Assembly: GCF_009914755.1 (NCBI RefSeq) | Contig: NC_060928.1 | Length of the DNA: 64,000 nt | Direction: 5' to 3' (one strand) | DNA from: the human T2T-CHM13v2.0 reference genome, Homo sapiens | In this document: positions 43,300-59,336 of the stretch, one piece after another | How positions within the stretch are numbered: the first letter of the stretch is position 1 | Layout: the number at the start of each line of letters is the position of its first letter | The notes under the pieces: model-generated | Told to the model about the DNA's origin: nothing | Databases searched by the model: none | What the model saw: only the letters and a program-made list of their open reading frames with translations | Program-made: the position numbers and the translations under genes

Positions 43300-43530
43300 T
43301 AATAGTTAACCATTCATTGGGCACTTATGTTCCAGCAACTATGCTAAGTGCTTTTTATGAATTTTTTTCAGCTAATCCTCATAAGTCTAATAAACAAATA
43401 TTTTTATCCATGTTTTATTGATGAGGAAACTGGGGCTTAGAAAGATTTTTTTAACTGCCCTAGAAGAATTAGCTCTTAACTAGGTTGTCCCCAGGTTTTA
43501 TTGAGTCCAAACCCCATTCTTCTAGCCAGC
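43300..43530 (-). mobile_element. MIR
   Basis: ttttattgatgaggaaactggggcttaga. Confidence 0.65.
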
Positions 43531-43742
43531 ACCTTCCACCACCCTCCAGGTTTGTGATGGATAATCTAACCATTACAAAATCTAACTCTTAACAAACTAG
43601 TGAAATGTATCTGCCTGTTTTGTCTGGACTCCTGTAATGCTACCAAAAACAATCTAAAATCTGGCTTTTTCCTTATCCTCGAAAGTATATCACTAAGCTT
43701 TTGCTTTTATTTGTTAGGATCTTCTTTCCTTTTTTCTCAAAA

Positions 43743-44245
43743 TTTTTTTTTAATTTTAATTTTAAGTTCTGGGGTACATGTGCAGGATGTTCAGATTTGT
43801 TACATACGTCAACATGTGCCATGGTGGTTTGCTGCACCCATCAATCTGTCACCTAGGTATTAAGCCCGGCACACATTAGCTATTTTTCCTAATGTTCTCT
43901 CTCTCCCCACCCCACCCTCAACAGGCCCCAGTGTGTCTTGTTCCCCACCCTGTGTCCATGTGACCTCACAATTCAGCTCCCGCTTGTAAGTGAGGACATG
44001 CAGTGTTTGGTTTTATGTTCCTGCATTAGTTCGCTGAGGATAATGGCTTCCAGCTCCATCCATGTCCTTGCAAAGGACATGATCTCATTCCTTTTTATGG
44101 CTGCAGAGTATTCCATGGTGTATATGTACTACATTCTGTTAATCAAGTCTATCATTGATGGGCAACTGGGTTGATTCCATGCCTTTGCTATTGTGAATAG
44201 TGCTGCAATAAACATACGCATGCATGTATCTTTGTAATAGAATGT
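43743..44245 (-). mobile_element. 5'-truncated L1 (L1PA8-like) 3' end
   Basis: ttttaagttctggggtacatgtgcaggatg ... acctaggtattaagccc ... ctccatccatgtccttgcaaaggacatgatctc. Confidence 0.88.
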
Positions 44246-45344
44246 ATGTTTGTTTTAAAATTCCTAATGCCATTGACTTTGGATTTAAAATGTTTAATCA
44301 TTCTATGAATTAGTAACTTATAAGATAGCCAAATACTTAGGGCCCTCTCTCTTATTATTATGTTTCTTTCTTGTCTTACTGTATTAATGCTTTCTATCTC
44401 AAATTTGTTTTGCACAGATAAAAATACATAGTTTTTACTTCTCAGCATCATTCAGAACCTAAAAGACAAAAGAGGCCATACTAGAACAACAAGCTACCAC
44501 AAGCCCTAACTCTGGTTTTCGAAGACAACAGGCACTTAGAAAACTGCAAAACTCCGTTTATAAAAATTAAATTTGTTATATGATCTTAGAACACATTTTC
44601 TTTACTAACTATGTGAATGACATCTAGGTTTCATAGTTCTAAAATTTTAGAATTTACCTGAGTTGGGAGCAGAAATGTGAGGCAGAAGTTTGGGGGTGTT
44701 TTTCTTTCTTTCTCTATACTTTTTCTGGACATGGAGAAGACATTGGGTACATTTTTCATATGGAATGTTAGCCTTTGGTCCTCTCCCCCTCACTGTCTCA
44801 CCTAGGTTGCTAGACACACACAGTTACTTCTTTTCTAAATATGCTCTCTATATAGGTTTCCTTTATCTCCCAAAATACTCCATTTTATTGTACCTATTCT
44901 TATCTCATGAACTCATTCATACTTTATATTGAATGTGAATATGTGAATTGATAATATTGTAAACTCAAAGTGATGTTTGTTAAGCTATGAAAAATAACTG
45001 TGCATGGAAATTCAGGCAGTCTAACAATTTTAAAGCAAGAAATGCAAGCAGCATGAGGGAAAATCTAAAATGGGATCCCAACATTGCAAAAACAGGTCTA
45101 CCTATAAGGCCAATTTCTCTGTTTTTCCTTTTCTTAGTTTCTTTCCCTCTTATATTTGTGAATCACAGGGTCTCTAAAACCTTTTTAACCGATGGTTGTT
45201 CTCAGAGGGCACAGAATAGGCAGAAATAAAGGTATGAACTTCCAGGAGGAATCCGTCTAGGCAAAATAGCTATTGGTATACACAATACTATCTGTAAGAC
45301 TTGTGCTGATAGTCTGCTAAAAATATACAATAGAAAAGAGTTCA

Positions 45345-45500
45345 CAAGCATGGGGGAGAGAGGGGAGTGGAGGATGAAAAATTACTTAGTGGGTACAATG
45401 TGTCTTATTCCATACTAAAAGCTCTGACTTCATCCTGAAGCAAAATATTCATGTAACAAAATTACACTTGTACCCCAAAAATTTATACAAATATGGAATT
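45345..45500 (+). mobile_element. L1PB4/L1MA1-like 3' end fragment
   Basis: gatgaaaaattacttagtgggtacaatgt ... catgtaacaaaattacacttgtacccc. Confidence 0.7.
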
Positions 45501-48500
45501 TTAAAAAACATATTGAGTTCTAAATTCTGATATTTGGTATAAAATGGCTGCATTCCAGCCTATTGTGCCAGTGAATTAAATGCCTAGTTTTAAATATTTG
45601 ATCTCTGCAATAACAGTCACTATCCTTTCTCACTGAAACCTTCTCTCCTACTTAAGATGTGTCTTGAATGCCTCCTTTAAAATGTGTGGTAAAAAGTCTG
45701 TCATGTATTAACATGAGAAATTCAAAACCCAAGTATTTTTCCCTTTGCTAAGTTTTTGGGATAAAACTGCTGATGGGATAATAACATTAACCCCTTATAA
45801 ATTATAATGACATTTTCTGTTGCTTCTAACTGATCGTATAAAATTTTGATGCATTATTTATACAGTTCAGATAAGCAAAATATTCTCAATAGTTCAGGGA
45901 ACACTGCTAACTAATTTCATGGAATTTTTCTATTTGGCAAGGGAGAAGTGCAGGATAAGATAAAGCTGTTTATGTATCCCTCTGGGTTTGTTTTCAGTTA
46001 GCAGCAAGTCCAGATCCAGCCGTAAGAGTCAGCTGTGACTGCCCTGCCTGCTGGCCTCCTTGAGATTATAGATGTTTGGCAGGAGATGAAAGTAGATTCT
46101 ACTGTTGTCTCTTCTCTGAAGCCCAACTTGAATGAAGCATCAGAACAGTGTTTAAGCCTGGACACTCTAGGAATGTCCCAAATTAATTTGCATCGAGTCT
46201 ATATCTAGTATAATATGGTCAGGTTGCATGGATTCACCAAAGGCCAAATCTCCTTTCTACATGACAAGAGGCAGAAATTCACTCTAGAATCAGAATTGGC
46301 AAGGTTTGCTGGAGGTTGAGAACCAACGCTAAGTCAGAGGGACAAATACTCCAAGAATCCAACGGGCTACAAAGAAGTTTCCTATCTTGCTTGCCTATAT
46401 GGTTACAATCAAGTTTTTACAACTATTGAATAATAACTGACGGTAAAGACAAATTGCTGGTATTGTCAAGGAAACATCCATAGCAAAAATAACCAGAAAT
46501 CATCAGAAGGCATGAGTTTTGTGAGAACCTTGACTTAATTTCTTCTTTCTTAGAGGTTTCATGATACATGTGGAATCATACTTTGATTGAGATCTTGTAA
46601 GTTCCTGAATATGTTTACATAAAAGACACATGCTATAATAACAAACGTAGGACACATAAGAGGTAATAAAAGCAATATCATGTCCTGAAAAACATACACA
46701 ATGGATATAGTTATGGCCTTTTCTTCTGGTATTTAAAGTAATATGGGATTTGTGGAGAGTTGTAGTTGGTGTCGATCCAAGATAATAATTTATCATGCAA
46801 TAAATTAAGATGGGGAGATAAAATCAAAATATTATTTAGGACCTATGTTGTCTTTGAAGTTTATGTTGAATTTGAGAGAAACATCTATGAGCTAGACCTT
46901 AGGACTTGAAGATCAACCACCCAGCTTGACCAAAACAAAAACACCTCCTACAATTAATATAAGCCTAGACATATTTTAAAATCCATATTTTTTTTCTAAT
47001 TTCTAAGTGGCAACAGGAAGGATACTATATCTGGAAAACAGAATGCAGTCCATTCCAGAAGAATGAAATAAAAACTTTTAAAATGAATAACACCACATAT
47101 TCAAAATTCAATCTAATATAAAAAGTATATAGCGCAATATCTTATGAATAGCAGCTACTCAATGAATGTTTATTCTATTTAATTAAAAAGTAAATGCAAA
47201 ACTTTTTAATAAGAAGCATGGCCATTATGACTATAACATAAAAAACAGAGCATATAACACTAAGAGTTATGCATGTAAAAAGATACAGAGCTTACTGAGA
47301 AGTTATTTGAATTAATCAAAGCATATTTTCAGTTACACACAGTGAAAAAAATTATTTGGATAAATTCAAATTTTGGTAATTAATAGTACCTATAAGGCAT
47401 ATTGGACCAGATGCAAAACTAAACAAAAACAAAAACAACATGAAGAGAAACAAACTTAAGTTATGTGTTATCTTCTTTTTAAAGTCTTATTTTAGGTAGA
47501 ATATATAAAAAGAGAAAAGGGGTATTAACTCCCATTAAATGGTTTCCTCTGTAATAACATTTTTTAGGATCAACTCTAAATAATAAGGCTTTTTCCTCCC
47601 CAAAATAGATTATTTCTTCATATATACATTCACATGTGCTACCTAAAGTTCTCCAAAATTTTTACAAATCTATTAAAAATTCTAAATATTCACCTCAGCA
47701 AGAATTTTTTGACACTGATTTTGGATCTATAACATCACTGGCAACCGATCATCACAAATAATTTACAAGTGCTCCAGGTGTGTCCTTAACAGATAGAAAC
47801 TGCCAATTTCCATGACCCACAGCATGTCAGAAAATATTGGCAAGGGTAGTAGAGTCTAAAAAAGCAAGGTTTTTTTTTTTTTTCCTGACTCATTGAGCAG
47901 CTTTAAACACTAAAGGATTCATCCCCAATACAAAAAGATTTCAAGTTTAAATCAGGAGAAAATATATGAAAAGTATTAGTTTTAAAGGTCTAACAAAATG
48001 AAGCTTTAGTAATTAGACATCCAACTGCATAACATAAGCAGCAAAAACAACTGGAAAGGTGTTTCTCATCCTCTTGTCTTGTTTCCTTTTCACCTTTTAA
48101 TATTCAGATGTGTGATTTTTATTTTTTCTATGGCTTCCAAACACCCCAGCCAAATATATTTTTCTCTAAGGGGTAATACTTCAACTAAGAACAATTGCTA
48201 TTTTATAATCACATGTTTTGGTTGAGTTCATTCCTTAAAAATGCTTAGAGCTTCAAAATATCAGTTGCTCAATACAGCACACACCACTCTGACTAGTTTC
48301 TAAATATGGATTCTCTTCTGTCTTGCAAGTAAGCAAGGAATAAAAGCACACATGACAAATTTCTAAACAAACTTTTACCCTAAGAGAACTGTGGAAGAAG
48401 GTAAATCATACTCATTGTCTTTTAGTCTTCTGAGCTCCAAACAAAACAGATGGATAGTTCTGATTACATTGTTGATGAACATACTCTCATATAATAAATC

Positions 48501-49719
48501 TTTTTTAAAACTTTAGTTTCTTCCACATCTCACAATTCTGATATTTAAAATAAATCATATTAGCAGTCTTGCTGTTTCATTACAATATAGAAAAAATTCC
48601 AAAAATGCATAGTTTGTGATTGGAAACAAGTTTATCTGCCACTACTTTTTGGTTTTGCTGTTGTCGTTGTTGTCTTTGGTCACCACAAACTCAAAATAAT
48701 CATTTAATGCTAGCTTAGAAAATAAATAAGCTTCCTATAAAAACTGCCTTGAACTTATGAGATAAAATAATAATAAATAGACTATTTCAGAATTTGAAGA
48801 AACTTGGTCATGGTATAATTTTCACTCTGATGCAAACATTATTTTGTATTAGCCTTATTTGCCCACTTTCTTGTTTTACTAAGACATGAAGTATATCTGC
48901 CAAGCAGTCTTAGTCTATATTTATTCCATTTGATTTTTCAGAAATCCAGGATGGCAAATGAAATGTTTCCCTATGCAACAATAATAGAAAAAATATCTTA
49001 CTAATTCTTCTATTAATTTTCCAAATACACATCCTAAAAATTGTAAGCTCTGAAGAGTTTGGGGACCATACCCATTTTGGTAATACAAAACACAGCAAAG
49101 TGTCTTGAACACAGCCCAGTACCCAACAAATGCTTCTGAATCAACTGAGAATTATTATATTTGGAGAAAATGAAGTATAATTGAGAAATTGTACATTTTT
49201 CCTCATAATGTACACCAAATGGTACATTTGGTGACAAATATTAACCATTTTCTGCACCTGTTCAATTTCCTTCCACTCAATTAAATCTGCTTTTAAGAGC
49301 AGGTAAGCCTCTGTAGGACACCTTTTATAGTCCAACAGGTTAATGTTAAGAAATTAAAATTTGGAATTTCATTTTATCTGTGTAACCAAATGTCATCAGT
49401 TTAGTTTAGTTTTCTCACAAACTATCACAAAGCTGTACTTATTTATTCAAAGTGGATTTAATTTTCTTAAACTACAATCCCAACCAAATTTTTTTTAAAA
49501 AAAAGAAAATAATAATATTATTAGGGAATATTTTCATGCAAATACAAATACAGCTTTGGACAGTAGAGGCCAAAATAAGATCAGTTAATAAAATGAATAA
49601 TTTAAAGGAAACTTTCTATGTTTATTATCAAGTGGGATTTCGGAGGAATGGGGTGTCTTCTTAGAATATATGTCAAAATATTTTAAATGTATTTGAATAT
49701 AGTGAGCTGTCATCACTAC

Positions 49720-50243
49720 TGATTTTTTTGTTCCTACCCTGGACACTTTTGCACCCTTACACTTCTATGAATAGTGCTCCTTTCTATTTGGGAAACTCTT
49801 TTCCACTCCATGTGGTCCTAGTGAGGCTGTGAATCACAGTGCCTTCTTCTCCCTCTCTCCCTTGCCCCCAACAGAATTGGTACAGGAATGAGCTCATGAC
49901 TCAACCGAATCAATTAGAGTTCTTATCTGGGACCCTATACACTGATGCAAAGACAACACCCCTCACTTTCCAATATACTTGCTGAGGACCATGTAAGCCT
50001 CCTTTTGCAATTACAGTTCACCACCATTCATCTAAACAAGGAATGAGGCAAATAGAAACATAGGCAAAACTTACTGAGAGAGAAGACCCTGACAACATGA
50101 TTGATTCCTTGGATCCAGCTGTACCTGAGGTAATTTCCCTCTCTGGACCACCTAGTTACAGGCCAGTAACATTCTATTTTTCTTTTCCTTAAACTATTAT
50201 TAACTGAGTTCTTGTCATGTGAAATCAAAAGAGTCTTAATACA
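49720..50243 (+). mobile_element. Old MLT1 (K/L-like) MaLR LTR
   Basis: ttggatccagctgtacctgagg ... ttcttgtcatgtgaaatcaaaagagtcttaataca; 5' end approximate. Confidence 0.6.
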
Positions 50244-50278
50244 GTGAAACATAAATATGAGGATGAAATCAAATTTAT

Positions 50279-50492
50279 ATGAAATCAGGGGTTAATTATC
50301 TAATGTTCAAATATACCATAACTACATTAGAAAAATATAAAAACATTTTTAAGAACTTGCATAGATTTTTATTCATTTTATTTATTTATCTAATGCACAT
50401 GGAATCAGAGGTTAATTTTTAATGCTCCAATATACCATAACTATATTATAAAAATATAAGAATATTTTCAAAAACTTGCATAGATTTTATTT
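50279..50492. repeat. Two-copy diverged tandem duplication, period about 120 bp
   Basis: aatataccataacta and aacttgcatagatttt occur in both copies. Confidence 0.85.
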
Positions 50493-53400
50493 ACTTATAA
50501 TTCAGAAATATGAATTAAGCAATGACTACTTACCCAACACTAGATTAAGCATTAGGTAAAAAAAAAAAAAAACAAAAACAGGAGTTGGGGCAATACAATT
50601 TCAACCTTCATACCATTAATGTGAAAGTTATTATAATGAAATACCTCATCTACATTCAGCGCTAATGATCCTTGGACAAAGAGAAGCCTAGAATAATCTG
50701 ATATACAGTTATTCTTACATTATAGCCAGTCCTTTTTAACAGGAGTCCTGAAAATTGGTTTCCAGTTTTGAGTAAGTCCTACCATTTTTGTTTCTCCTAT
50801 GAATGTATCTTTACAGTTGCTCAGGCTTCAGGTTTTTCATCAAACCGTAATTTTACAAATAGAAGTTTTCACAACTAAGTGGTCAACATTCATAGCAGAG
50901 TGTGCTAAAATCACTTAAGCTAAGGTATTATCAGAGTGTTTATTAGGTTCCCTCTTCTATGAAAATGATTTGCCTTAAGAGAAAATGTGTTTGCAATGTC
51001 TTCTCATTCCATTAAAATATAGTGTTAGACAATATAAAATATAGTGTTAGACACTTTTCTTCTTAGATATTTTTCTAAGAACAAACAACAACAGACATTA
51101 CTGAGAAAAAAATTCCACTCCAAAAGTGAAATGAAGCTTATATCTCCAGCACTATGAATGTAGGTACTTTTTGAAATTTCACTTTTCCCTTTAGAAACTA
51201 TCTAATTCAGGTTTATTTAAATGTCCTAAATGTATGGATGATCGTTCCCTTCCTATTTATGCTTGTATACTTTCCCATTAAAAACTTAGAAACTCTGGCA
51301 TTAACTACCATCACCTAGGATGTAGTGTTCTCAATTCTTTTGGACAAGAGTTATTTATAAAACATGCTTCACAACTGATTTATTTCTTTCTGCTTAATAC
51401 TTTCTGAGGTATTCTTAAAAAAAAATGTGGGAATAATTCCAAATAGTGAAACATCCCATGGTCCTGTTTTTACACAAGGAAGGGCACAGAACATTTTGAT
51501 TTTTATTCTTTCCATATTATTCACCAATCTGTGGTTTTCTTTTATTTTTAATGTTATCTTCCATAGTCTGCATTATGAAACATTGAACTAGAACCCACAG
51601 GGTACTCACATCTCAGTCTGACCTTTACTAGTTCAAATAAAATTTCATTTTCAAATATAAGTCATGCAATCACCTTCCCAAGAACACAAAAATAATTTAA
51701 CATTCCAAGGATTTAAAGATAATCTGAAGTGGAAAGTGAAAAAGAGAATATATATATGTGCTTGTGTCTGTGGACAATGGGAGGGGAGAAAGAAAATGAG
51801 GAAGCATAATGACAGTAGGGTTTTCTAGCCTTTCCATTCCACCTGGCCTCTAACTCCCTAAAGGATATCCCCCACTGGGCTTTTGTTCTCAAGCTCAAAT
51901 CAACTTCCCCCTCTGCCCTATGCCTTCTTCCATTTTGTACAATAACCCTCTTGTCCCCTCTGTAAAAACAGTTTTTGCTCTATTCTTAGTCATTCATCTT
52001 AGTCAGGGACAGAATGCCCAAGTTACTTTTGACTCCTCTCTCTGTCTCTTGAACCCTATAGCCAGTGAGCTCTCAAATTCTACTAATATTTTAATGCTTC
52101 CCAAATTTAACGTTTTACTTCCAGTTTCACTGCCCATCCTAATACTAACAATAATTAACATTTGACAGCTAATATTTGCCATGTCTCTCGGAGCCCAGCT
52201 CAACAAGAGTCAAAGATTTTATACCTGGAGGTTTAGCCCCACCCTGTTCCTGACATGATGCTTGCCAGAATAAAGAGGTTATTAGGTGCTTCCCTCATGA
52301 TCCTTGACCTAGTTCCATTGCGAAAGACAGAATCCCAGTGCCAAGAATAATCCCTAAGGAACTATGATGATCCACTGTTTCTTCCAAAACTACTGAGTTT
52401 CTTCTCTGAATTTCTAATTAGTACTATAAGTCCCACCACAGGAATTGTGTCTCTCCTCTGAATGTGGGGTCCAGAAATTCTACATAGCTTTTGTCATGGG
52501 AATACTGAATTTTGTTTCCAAGTTGTTGGCTAGGTCCTGATCTTACGGCTTGAGGATTTAATACCAGCGCACATCCAAATGCTTGACTTTGTGTGCTACA
52601 CTATCTAAAAATCCTTGTTGTCATGACTCACATCCTAAATTTGATCCTCTTACATGTCAGTGCCATGTCCTTTTGTACCTAAGACCTTGTTTAAGTAGAT
52701 TGGGGGTCATCTCTCTCAGTGGACTGCCCGACAGAAGGATCAGGAGCCCCATCATTAGCCCTGGGTTAGTTTCCTGCCATGCCTAGCTTTCTACCAAATG
52801 ATTTAAAGCCAAGCCCTTCTAACTTAGGTCATTCTCAATTGTTATCTCATTTAATTTAAAAAATAAAACAACAAAATGGAAATCACTATTCCCATTTGAC
52901 TGAGGGTTTTAAAACTCAGAGAAATTACATTGCCGGACATACCCCAGGTCACTTGGCAAGACAGAGTTGGAATTCACACCCAGGTTTTCCTATTCCCAAC
53001 TGCATTTTGTCTCCACTATGCTGTGCTTCCTTTCATCGTGTCTCACAAGGATGACAGCAAAATACTTATAACACATCATCATCTTCCAAATCATCTTGTA
53101 CATTATTATAAGAGTACTCTTCCTAAACCTGCATGGCCATTATATAAATCCCATGCTCTAAATTAATCTTCGATAATTTCCTACTTATTTATGAAATATG
53201 AGCGCATTCTCAAAACAAGTATGTGAAAGTCTCCATAATCTGAATCCACGCTACCCGTCAATGTTTATCCCCCATACCTTCCATGATCCTAGCCAAACCA
53301 CATTCCAGCCTACACCTCAGCCAGTCAGCTCAGATAGTTCTTGAAGTTCTGTGCTCTTTGTTTCTCATTAAATCTATCCCAATTGTCAGAGTCCAGTTCA

Positions 53401-56400
53401 AATTTCACAATGAAAGGCCTCCCATAACTTCGCATAACTAAACCCATCCTGTCTTTATGTCACCTTACACTATAGGCATATTGGCATTTAACACCAATTG
53501 CGTTATAAGATTATTTCTTATCCCCTAAGGTGACTCACTGAAATTTTCCTCCTCTAAATGTCCACAATGCTTTGTAAATCTTTCAGGGGACTACCATACT
53601 CCAAACCTCAAATAATCATTCATTTCAAGCCCCTTTAGAGAGAATATGTCTTATTCAAGTTTATATCCTTCTTCTAATCATAACACAATGCCTTAAGAAT
53701 AGTAAGGGCTCAGTAAATGAACTAATGAAAGAATGAGCTCATTGAGGAAAAAAAGGAGAAAAAGAAGAAATGTTTCCTTCCAGTATATACTTGAGATAAT
53801 GAATTACAAACCTTCATATGCAACTAGCTAAGATTGGAAATTACATCAATATTCCCCAAAACTGTTACATACCATGTTTGCCTGGATAGAAATCTAAAAA
53901 TACTAAAACAATGCATTTTCCCCAAAATTAAAATAGAATGCTTAAGTGATTTTCTGGATCAAATACATTTTAGAGAAGGCATTAAAATTTTAACGTGCAG
54001 GATGTTCATAACAAAGGCCTTTTTCAGCCCCTTGATTTTTGAGTTGTAAAAGCAGAACTACTACAGTGTTTCTTCTTTTTTTTAACTACCATGAAGAAAG
54101 GCTCCAAAATAAAACTTTCTTAATCTTTGCTATTAAGAAATTAATTCTAGACAAATGATGTCTTAACAATATATGATATCTTACATTAAGGGGACCAGAC
54201 TATCTTGGTCATTGGATTTTAGAGGGGAGAGAGAACAAACAAAACAATAAAAACCATGTTGTCAATTTTTTTCAAGGATTAACTTCATAAAAATTAATGC
54301 ACTGACAATGAGGCCAGATTTATTTAAAAAACAATGAGCAGGAAAAAAAATTATCAATTTAGCAAATATTCTGCCTTCATAGTGCCACATATCTGAAAGA
54401 CTTAAAATTTTTTATTTCTTCTATTGGCTTAGCTTTATGTAAATACATTCCACAGTATAATTTCACCCATTAGTTTGATAAATCATAAAGAATAGAGTAT
54501 AGTCTCTTCTATCTCTCCTAGCCATGTGACAGAAACACTATATTTGTTTTAAAGATCTAATAGATATTTTTAAAAATCAGATGGTACTATGCAATTATAA
54601 AGTCCAATTCAAATTTAAGGCAAAATTATAGGTTTTGTATACTATGAGGGATGGAGCAATCTTTGCCCTTGAAAATACATGAAAGTTTACATTGCCTTTA
54701 ATTTCTACAAAGTGGGCAAAAATCTCAAACTATCAATCACGTTGATAAAAATCTCAACCATTAATCAAACCAGGTTTGGTTGTAATGGCTCCTTCTTTCC
54801 ACCTGCCAACTCTGCCAGATACTACGATGTTTCCCCAAAAGGTGACTTTCCTAAGAATAATTTACTCTTCCCTTTGTGAGCACATAGCTGAAATTTAACT
54901 GTATTGACATGAAAACTATACCCATGATCTCCCTCCAAACAACACTCAAGAGATTTTGTTGGCAAATTGTGGCTAAAATAATGCAAATTTTCCTAATTTC
55001 ATGCTAAATCTTTCAACATAACTTAAGTTAAAGTTCATCAAGAACTTTAGGCAAGAAAGGCCATACTTAGAAGTTACATTCTAGAGGTTCCCTAATAAAA
55101 ATAGAAAAATTAAATGTATCCAACAAACATAATAAAACAATGATAACGATGTCATCTGGAACTCAGCTACTAATTCCTTGAAGGGGAAATCTGTAGTTAT
55201 TACCCATAAAAATAGAGTTTTGGAAACAATCCATCATCTGGGTAATTCTGAGCTAAACCTTTTAGATATTAAAAAAATCCAAAGGAATAGCCCAGAGAGG
55301 TCCTTTCTCCTTCCCAGTATAATTATAAAAATCATTACAAATCCCAGAGCAAAATAAAATTCTATTTAAAATACAATCCACTGATTTGTTTATTTAGAGG
55401 GTCAAATTATCCTCCTTTTTACATTGTCAGTACTGTATCCTGTATTTTAAAACTTAAATCACAGTTGTATCAGTTTTATTTATCCTGAATCCAGCTATAA
55501 AATTATTTACTATTTTTACACTGCAACTATTCCCTAAAACCTAAACACAACAATATATGTAAACTACAAAAATAATTGAATCTCTGTTCCATTCTGCACT
55601 TACATTTGGTTTGTCCACTAGATGTACTGATAAGTGATGAAACCAAATTATGTTTTCTCTGAAAAGCTCCATTAATTTTTTTAAAAGCCTACGTGCTACT
55701 AAAAACAAATACAATAAATCTCATTTTGTGTTTCTAAACAACATGATCTTTAAAGAGAAATTTAAAATCCCAGAACCAAATGTTAGAAGAAACTGATATT
55801 TTTTCCCCTGAAGATTTTTTTTCAATGCTTTGGCTTAGAGAATATATATTATTCACTTCCATTTTAGGATGGTGTTTACCAAAATATCATAAATACTTAA
55901 TAGCAACTGTTCCCAGTGCTTGTAGCAAAAGGCAGTAAAATGAAACATAAACCTCAGCTATGAAAGCCCAGGAGTTTTGCTTTGCATTTCATCACTCTCC
56001 TTCCCCAAACCCTGTTTAGGATAGCCTAGATTCTAATGATCACTAGAGACAGCACAACTGAATTCCAAACAGAAATATTATGTGCTCTAGTGAAACTATT
56101 AATCATTTAAATGGAAAGAACAACAAATGTAGTCAAATAGCCACTAGTTCAAGTTGCCTGACTGATATAGTTAAAACAGATACTATATTTGGAGAAGGGA
56201 GTAATCACACATCAATCCAAATTTTTATTTTAAATTTCTCCTATAAAACCTATAAAACTTTCAGGATATCAAGACAGTTAACTCCAGAATCAAAGGGTGA
56301 AAGTGTCTGAGACTTAAAATCTTAAACTTGAAACCACAAACCCAGTCTCACAGAGCCCAACATGCAAGAATTAATACCAAATGTCAGTTACAAACAAAAT

Positions 56401-56505
56401 TCACATCTTTAGAATTACACTGTTTGCAATACCAAACAAATCTCTTCCTTAATCTCTTTCCTCTAGATAATGACCACCTGCACTGGATATTAAGATTACT
56501 TCTTA

Positions 56506-56664
<159 letters not shown>

Positions 56665-57377
56665 TTAATTAAGGAGTGGCTGACACATACAACAATTTAT
56701 AAACTTCGTTACATTTCAGTTATGTTCATCTGAAAAATTACCCCACAGGATTAATTTACCAGCGTGATCTGTGTTCAAGGTCAGGAATTAAAGGTGATGA
56801 TACTAGTGTTACTCTAAATGTATTACCACAAAATGAATTGAGATCAGTCAGAGTACCTTTAAGTTGGCCCCAAGTGCAATTTCAAAACAGTGCAGAACTC
56901 TAACAGCTATCAACAGCGTGACTCAGGAGTCTAAGCCATGCTCAAGCAAAAATTTAAACGTAAAATAACTTCATGAGTGAAACATTTTCAAATATATAAA
57001 CCCTCAAATCTCATGAAAAAAATGGTCTTGTAAGAAAAATGATCAGACTTTCATTAGATGGACTTTCATTAGAGTCAAATTCTAAATAAAATAGAAATTC
57101 TAACATTATAATAATATGACTACATATTATATATATAATATAATAACATTTTGTCAATTGAGTTAAGAGAAATATGTGTATCATTTCAAGCCAAATGTTT
57201 ACCTTATATTAGTTTACCAAACCAAACAATTGAGAGATTTAAAGTTTCATTTTCAGTAACAAAACCTATTAAAATTCTTACATTATTAAGGTAGTACTCA
57301 AAACCTACAGCCATTTCTATAAAAAATCTTTAACAATCGACCAGTGTCACAATGTCATCAGTGAAAAGAATTTGTTA

Positions 57378-57506
<129 letters not shown>

Positions 57507-57647
57507 CTATGGAGAATGAGGAGGGAAAGAGAGAAAAAAAGAGAGGGGAGAGGTAGAAAGTGAATTATTCAAATATCAAGCTATACATTCCGAGACACAC
57601 AGCGATGTACAGTGGGGTGTAGAGAACAGTCTCAGTTCAATACTCAC

Positions 57648-57755
57648 CTCTTTCTCTGCATATGATGGCACCAGACCGTCCAACTTGCCATCTGTCAGAG
57701 CAATTATGATACTGGAGGTTTTCAAGCCTCCTGCTTTCTGAATTTGTTCATTCGC
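57648..57755 (-). CDS. ANTXR2: ANTXR2 exon 5 (108 bp): [36 protein letters not shown]; includes MIDAS Asp148 (LTDG)
   Basis: ttttcag|GCG ... GAG|gtgagt; peptide is in the ORF 57576..57785. Confidence 0.97.
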
Positions 57756-58138
57756 CTGAAAATGAAGAATAATTATCCAACTCACAATTTAATTTTAACT
57801 TTTAACCAGCATGTTCCATCAAGCTGAATTTGTAAGTCTGACAAAATCAAAATATTACTGGCTAGCTTTTAAAACAGGGTAATTTGTGTTAACTATTTTA
57901 TTTGAAATATGCATATATTCACATTACAGAGTAGTTACTATTGGGTTTAAATTATATAGATTTTTAGCTGTGGCTGCTTAATCTTAATATAACCACAAGG
58001 GAAATGGAAAATTCCTTAAAAGGCAAAAGCCATCTTAACTTTTCTCATCACCATAGTAAATAATTTTTTCTACTTGTCTCAACTCTGGAACAACTAAAAG
58101 CACTTTAAAAACTTTAAGATAAATATGTAATGAGGTTA

Positions 58139-58363
<225 letters not shown>

Positions 58364-59336
58364 TTAAAAAACATGGCAGTATTGTAACTAAGCTTTCTTC
58401 AGTAGGAAGCAGAGGAAAGAACATGGGCTTTGAAGGCAGATAACTTCATATACTTTTTGTAATTTTAGTAAGTATTTAATAACTTCTGTATTTTAACTAC
58501 CAAAAATAGACATTGATGTGCTAACAATGTCTTGAAAAATCTTTGCATATTCTAGGCCTTCTGAGCTGAGAACAGATATCTTCAATCACTCGTTTTCCTA
58601 AAAGGAGTAAAATATACCTTCCCTTATCCACAAAAATACAAAAATTGAGTAGCTCATCTTCAATGACAAAGCATTTCTGAAACACTCACTCCATCTCTCT
58701 AAAAGTGAGAAATTTTCCTTGTTATCTGCGAATTGCTAAAGCACATTATTTAGCCCTTATTTACAGAAATTAACATTTTTTCTTACTGTCTCCCAGAGTC
58801 GTAAGTCTCATGATTTATTCACTTTTATGACACCTTCTCACCCATCCAGACATTCCCTTGCACATTCCCTTGAACATAGTAGGTACTTAATACATATTTC
58901 ATGAATGAATGAAAAAATAGGTGGATGGATAGATAGATGGATGAATGTACGGATAGATGGATGAATTAGAAGGTAATGAATCCTTGGAAGAGACACTATG
59001 AATGAAAGCAATTAAAAACTATAGAATAATTTCTTTCATCATGACTAATTCACTATCCCAACTGAATTTGTCTAAATGGGGTATGACTACAATATTATTA
59101 AGAGCTATTTTATGTGTATCAGTTAAGGGAAGTCCCAATTTTTAGAGTTTTTAAAATATAGATTTGAAACCTCTCGAAAATAAATAAAACCAATTATCTT
59201 AAAAGATAAGTAAAATAATGTGGCAAAATTATCCAAATTAAATTCAAAACTTGTTTTATAATAAATTTAAAAGATAAGAAGATATCTTAAGATATTGTTT
59301 TCAGACTTTTTCAATAGAAACAAAAAAAATGCCTTT

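Noticed and set aside
57046-57073. Tiny direct repeats (gactttcattaga twice; also aattcacttag near 63967)
   Set aside because: Ordinary slippage duplications.
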